Origin: Amoebophrya sp. A120
Taxonomy: Eukaryota; Protista; Dinoflagellata
Assembly (NCBI GenBank): GCA_905178155.1
Contig: CAJINV010000016.1
Coordinates: forward strand, 1,207,386-1,271,385
Direction of reading: 5' to 3'
Length of the DNA stretch: 64,000 bases
The stretch's first letter is position 1, and every line of letters begins with the position of its first letter. Of the stretch, positions 59,701 through 64,000 are shown piece by piece. The translations under genes were made by a program, and so were the position numbers. Under the pieces are notes generated by a model, which was not told where the DNA came from, searched no databases, and saw only the letters and a program-made list of their open reading frames with translations.

Positions 59701-62700
59701 GAGAATCACGCAAGACAAAACCACACACAATCGTGCAGCAAATCGCATCACAAAGAACAACAACAAAAACCAAAACAACAAAAGAACAAATTATACTCCA
59801 GTTCATTTGGAATCTGGTTTTCGGAATGACCATGGAGTTGCACACGATATCCCGACTGCCCAAAGTGCTCTGATTCAGGCTGAAAAACGCGTTGGCCAAT
59901 CCGCCGCACGCCATCTTCAAGTGTTTGATGATAAACCCCGCGTTCGACCCTCCCTCACTGTTCCCCGATTTCCTTGTCCGTTCTAAAAACCCCGCTTTTT
60001 CCACCGCACGACACCAGGTGGATAAAGTGTAGTTCGGCTTCAGTTCCTTCACTAATTGCGACAACGGGTAAAGATTCCCCCTTGCGGATTGGATCGGTTT
60101 TATCACGTTCAAATGCCTTGATTTGTTCACATTCGCCGATTTGTTTGCGTTCGCGGCGGATAAATCCTGTAAGGAGGATAATTCCGTCGAGATCTGTATC
60201 CACACAAAAAAACCCATGCCCATCCGCATGCATTTTTTGCATGACAAACACATGACTTGATACGTTTTTTGCATGACAAATTGGATGTGGATGGGTTTTT
60301 TCTGTGGATAATCGGCAATCCGGTTTTCGCCAAGTCGTGAAATTGAAACAGCTTTTTCGAATCGAAATCCATGGTACTGTGGAACTGATTCTTCCGGTAT
60401 ACCGCGTTCGCCAGCCGCTTGATGTAGAGTTTTTGGAAGTCGGAGAGGTAAGAAACGGCGTTTTCGCAGTCACCGTCCGGGACAAATTCGTAGTCGCCGT
60501 TGTTGAGGAGTTCGTTTTCCGCCTCTTCTTCTTCCAGAATGTGTTTAGGGACGGTCTTTCCGGATTTTTCACCGTACCGGTTCAGCATACCTGACAGGAA
60601 AATGGTGTGTAAGAACTTGCTCGACCTGAGACTGGTTGTTGCTGCACGAAAAAGATGGGAACGACAACGAATCCATGGGAAAATTGCATGACAAAACGCG
60701 GCGGCAACTACAGGAATTAATATTCTACCAGCCCTTTCCAGCTTGTGCACCGCTCTGACGTACGACGTCGCCTGGTCATCCGTCATTCCCGGCGCGGGAA
60801 CCAGCATCGCTTTCAGATCTGTTGGCACGAAGCCCGCGACCGCTGCGTCTTGCGGTAACGCGTCGAGAATTTCCAACGTCTTTTTGTACCGCTTGATTTG
60901 GGGCATCTTCTCCCATTTTGGTTTCTCTTCCTTCTTCTCTTCCGCCGCACCGAGCGCTTGCTCGAGTAATTTCTCCTGCTCTTCCGAGGCGGTGGCGAAA
61001 CTGCCGGACTTCTTCCTGTTGATCACCTTCATCTGTTTTTCCAGGTAGAGCCGCGCGTCGTCCAATTCGTTCTGTAATTCGTCGTCCGCTAAGTCGATGA
61101 GCTCGGCTTTCGGATCGTACTTCATCTTGTGCATCGCGATTCTCGTTTTCAAGCTGTCTTTCAAGATTTTGTTCTCCTCCTCTACTTCCTTGCTGTAGCA
61201 GTAACAGCTGTTCTCCGAATCCATGAACATCGATTCCGTCTGAAACCGCCCGTCCGCCGACCGCGGCCGCTGCTTTTTCGGCTTCTTCGGCGGCGGCAGG
61301 CCGAGCTGATCGGCAAGAATTCTTTCCTGCTTGATTTCCTCGTGAATTTTCGCGACATAGGGTGGTAGAAATTGCCGGTGCACGTCGTGGGGGAGAGAAT
61401 TGCGACCTGCTTCTTCCTCCGCTTCGGCTTTCTTCAGTGCAGCTGCCTCTACTTCTGCCGCGAGTTGCTTCGCTTTCTCTTGCGCCGCGAGACTGCTTGC
61501 CGGCGCGGTCTTCTGCTTCGTGATTGGCGAATTCGCTGCTTCGAGATCGTCTACGGGTTTTCCATCTTTTCCAACAGCAACAGCGGCATCCGCACCTCCA
61601 TCCTCTTTCTCTTCCTCCCCCCGCGGGCTCGGACACCTCCCCGCACACCCCTGCAGCGGGATATTCGCCGCCTCGTCCCCAAAACACCGGTCCGCGGTTG
61701 GTAAGTCTTCCCCAAACAACCCGAACTGCACGATCGCGGCGCGGTTTTCCCTGGTCACTTCCGGCCAGTCCAGGATTTCCCTATCGATTTCTTCGGAGAA
61801 AAATTCAATTTGCTTCATATCCGGAAGAACAGCAGAAGCACTATCCTCCACCGCACCTGGACCAGTTACTTGTGGCTTGTGACTCGGGTAAATCAGCTTC
61901 TTCCAGTGCTCTTTCGCATCTTCCGGTACGACGTCGTTGACATCCCGTTCTGCTTTCAGATGCTTGTTCCACACGGCAGATATTTCGTTCAACTTTTCCG
62001 TGTAGCTTAAAACCGTGGGGTCGGTTGTGTGGACTTTTTCGACGACAGAGTCTAACGAGTCTCTTTCCGGAATCAAATTTTTCAATTGCGGAAACACGTC
62101 CCAGCTCGGTTTGGGAATGAAACGTTTGTTCTTGATCGGCTTCTCTGGTAATCCGGTGTCTTTTTGAGTTTGGTTCAATTTTCCATAGTAGTCGGAGGAC
62201 TGCGAAGCTCCGGAATCCGAGTCGTAGATCCCGTGTTTCATGAAAAGCTGCTGCGCTGTATCACAAGAAAAAGTGTTAACGTTAGCGGTTTTCACAGAAT
62301 GCAGTCACGCATGACAGTTTTTGCCCAATATGCTTGCTATGCATGACAAATTTGGGCACCTTTTGTGTTGCATTACTGCATCACAAATTCGAATTCCGTT
62401 AACCTTAACACTTTTCCCTGTGATACGCTGATGTTTGGTCATCTCCTTCTCCCCGGAGCGCCTTCTCCTCGGCTTCCAACCGATGTCTTTCCTCCTCGAC
62501 GTGATCCGCGTGTTTCTGCAACTCGGATTCGTAGAAGTGGGAGTTCTTCTCCGCTTCGAGGCGTTTCTGTTCCGCTGCTTTTGCTTCCTCTGCCGCTAGC
62601 TTCGCTTCTTCCTCTCGTTTTGCGTCGGACATGAGGGAGGAGAGGAGTTTTTCCTGCTCTTGTCGGTACTCCTCGTCGGTATCGAGAGGTTTCTCGTCTT

Positions 62701-64000
62701 CTGCCGCATGATCTTCCTCCGCTTCAATAGCTTCGCCCTGAGCTGCTGCTGCAGCAGCATCCGCAGGACCACCAGCTTCTGCTCCGTTCGCGTCGCCATC
62801 GCCTGCAGCAGGATTAGCAGCTTCCGCGTCTGCCATCTGCTCCGCAGTGGCTGCAGGGTCGTGATCTTCGCCGAGATTCTCCTGCGAAAAGAATGACGAA
62901 ATTGCTGACTTTTTCTCTTTTTTGTTCATTTCGGAGATCGTCTTCGCTTTCTCCACCACTGCTTCTGGATCGGATTCTGCGTTTTCCAATTGCTGAATTT
63001 CCCAAGCAGATTTTTCCACCTCCATTTCTTCGGCGTCTAACTTCACTTCTATGACCGCGTGATCGAGTAACTGCTTTGTCTCTTCCTCCGCATCTTGCTC
63101 TTTCGGCTCCTCGTCCTGCTGCGCAGCACCTTCGTCACCGTCGTCCGGAGAGGACTTAGCTTTCTTTGCAACAGGTTTAACATTAGCATCCCCGCCAACT
63201 ACTGCAGCCAGTTCTTCCGTCAACCTCGCCTCCAACTTGGAAACTTGCATCTTCCCTAATTCCTCGATTTTCATTTTCGATTTTTTTTCCTGCAGTCGCA
63301 GTTCCAAAATCGCGCTCTTGTGCTTCTCGATCCTTTCCTTCACAAGTCTTTTCCTCTCCTTTCTCCTCTCCTCAGAAGATTCCTTCGCTTCTTTCAACGT
63401 GGTTAATTGCCCCTGCATATCAAATGCAAAAGCGTCTGGGCGGTCTGGAAGATTGCCAGGTTTGTCATGCACATTTTGCATGACTCCTGATGTCTGTGAT
63501 GCATGCCCTAGCGTCACAGATTTTGTGAGGGCCTCCTGATGCCTATACCACATGACAAATGCTCTTTCCGTGTAGCAAAACTTGGATTCTCTTTGCTGCT
63601 CATGCAATACAGATTTTTTCAAAATCCAAAATCAGCATTACAAGTTGGATTCTTCCAGACCCAGACATTTTTACATTTGATACTGCACGTCATTCGTCTG
63701 TTCCTCACAGAACTGCTTAAAATCCTCCGCATCTACCCACGCTTCTATCGGGGCGGTCAACGTATCCGCAGCACCGGACTGTTGGAATTGCAGCGCCAAG
63801 CTGGTTATGCACGGTAAATTTCCTCCTGCGCAGGTACAAATGCGGTTTCTGCATGGCAAAACTTGGTTTCGATCCTAGTTTAGCATGACAAGTTTTGCGC
63901 TCCAAATTAGTGAAATTTGTGATGCATCTGGTACATTTACGGGAAATTTGTATTGCATAGTGGTGACGTCAATGGAGGATGGTGCTGTTTTTGATTTGTC
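56723..64000 (-). CDS. Large coiled-coil, Glu/Lys/Ala-rich hypothetical protein; 5' end beyond the window
   Basis: ORFs 62405-63622, 60127-62295, 59687-60274, 59261-59632 and 57652-59121 join in frame across 7 introners and GT-AG introns; no domain recognised. Confidence 0.75.
57211..57367. mobile_element. Introner family I (157 bp)
   Basis: TATCGACAGGAAAATTCCCGC ... GCGGGAAATTTGTATTGCATA; DR CATGC/CATGT. Confidence 0.82.
57439..57656. mobile_element. Introner family H (218 bp)
   Basis: TIR TATGAGAGTGCACAACTCCCCCTCCCCCTC; DR TCTTC; restores SLKTRPM. Confidence 0.88.
59032..59306. mobile_element. Introner family A (275 bp)
   Basis: DR ACTTC; restores DEEVAEL. Confidence 0.94.
60197..60310. 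mobile_element. Introner family F (114 bp)
   Basis: DR ATCTG/ATCGG; restores GLPISTEL. Confidence 0.9.
62259..62425. mobile_element. Introner family C (167 bp)
   Basis: DR CGCTG; restores QTSAQQLF. Confidence 0.92.
63418..63682. mobile_element. Introner family A (265 bp)
   Basis: DR CTGCA; restores NDVQGQL. Confidence 0.93.
63806..63959. mobile_element. Introner family I (154 bp)
   Basis: TATGCACGGTAAATTTCC ... GGGAAATTTGTATTGCATA; DR CTGGT/GTGGT. Confidence 0.82.

Noticed and set aside
31510-63539. Long plus-strand ORFs opposite the minus-strand genes
   Set aside because: They are antisense shadows of GC-rich coding sequence with no domain signal.
667-63817. Many short ORFs sharing peptides such as FQTQTLLHLI, LPDPDTFAFD, KCKSVWVWK and CAKVSHS
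   Set aside because: These are translations of introner TIRs in different frames, not a protein family.

Overview
Eukaryotic genomic DNA, most likely from a syndinian dinoflagellate such as Amoebophrya (inferred from intron type and gene arrangement). There are about 10 protein-coding genes: one NRAMP transporter on +, then from 12.5 kb onward an unbroken minus-strand array (coiled-coil protein, CEP164-like WW protein, FkbM-like methyltransferase, IQ-repeat pseudo-calpain, UvrD helicase with a C-terminal HPD motif, kinase with two cNMP domains, cathepsin Z, two large low-complexity proteins). The dominant feature is 43 hand-mapped MITE-like insertions of 109-315 bp from at least 9 terminal-inverted-repeat (TIR) families. 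Nearly all have TAT...ATA ends and 5-bp direct repeats (DRs), all lie inside coding sequence, and they occur in either orientation. Removing the element plus one DR copy restores the reading frame, so they behave as non-GT-AG introns (introners), alongside ordinary GT-AG introns. The convergent strand switch at 3.8-12.5 kb is a gene-free island of nested elements: three TCA...TGA elements with 6-bp target-site duplications (TSDs), two retroposon-like inserts, and one TTAA-type element. Its AT-rich backbone has C almost only in TpC and G almost only in GpA. All coordinates and counts were read by eye.
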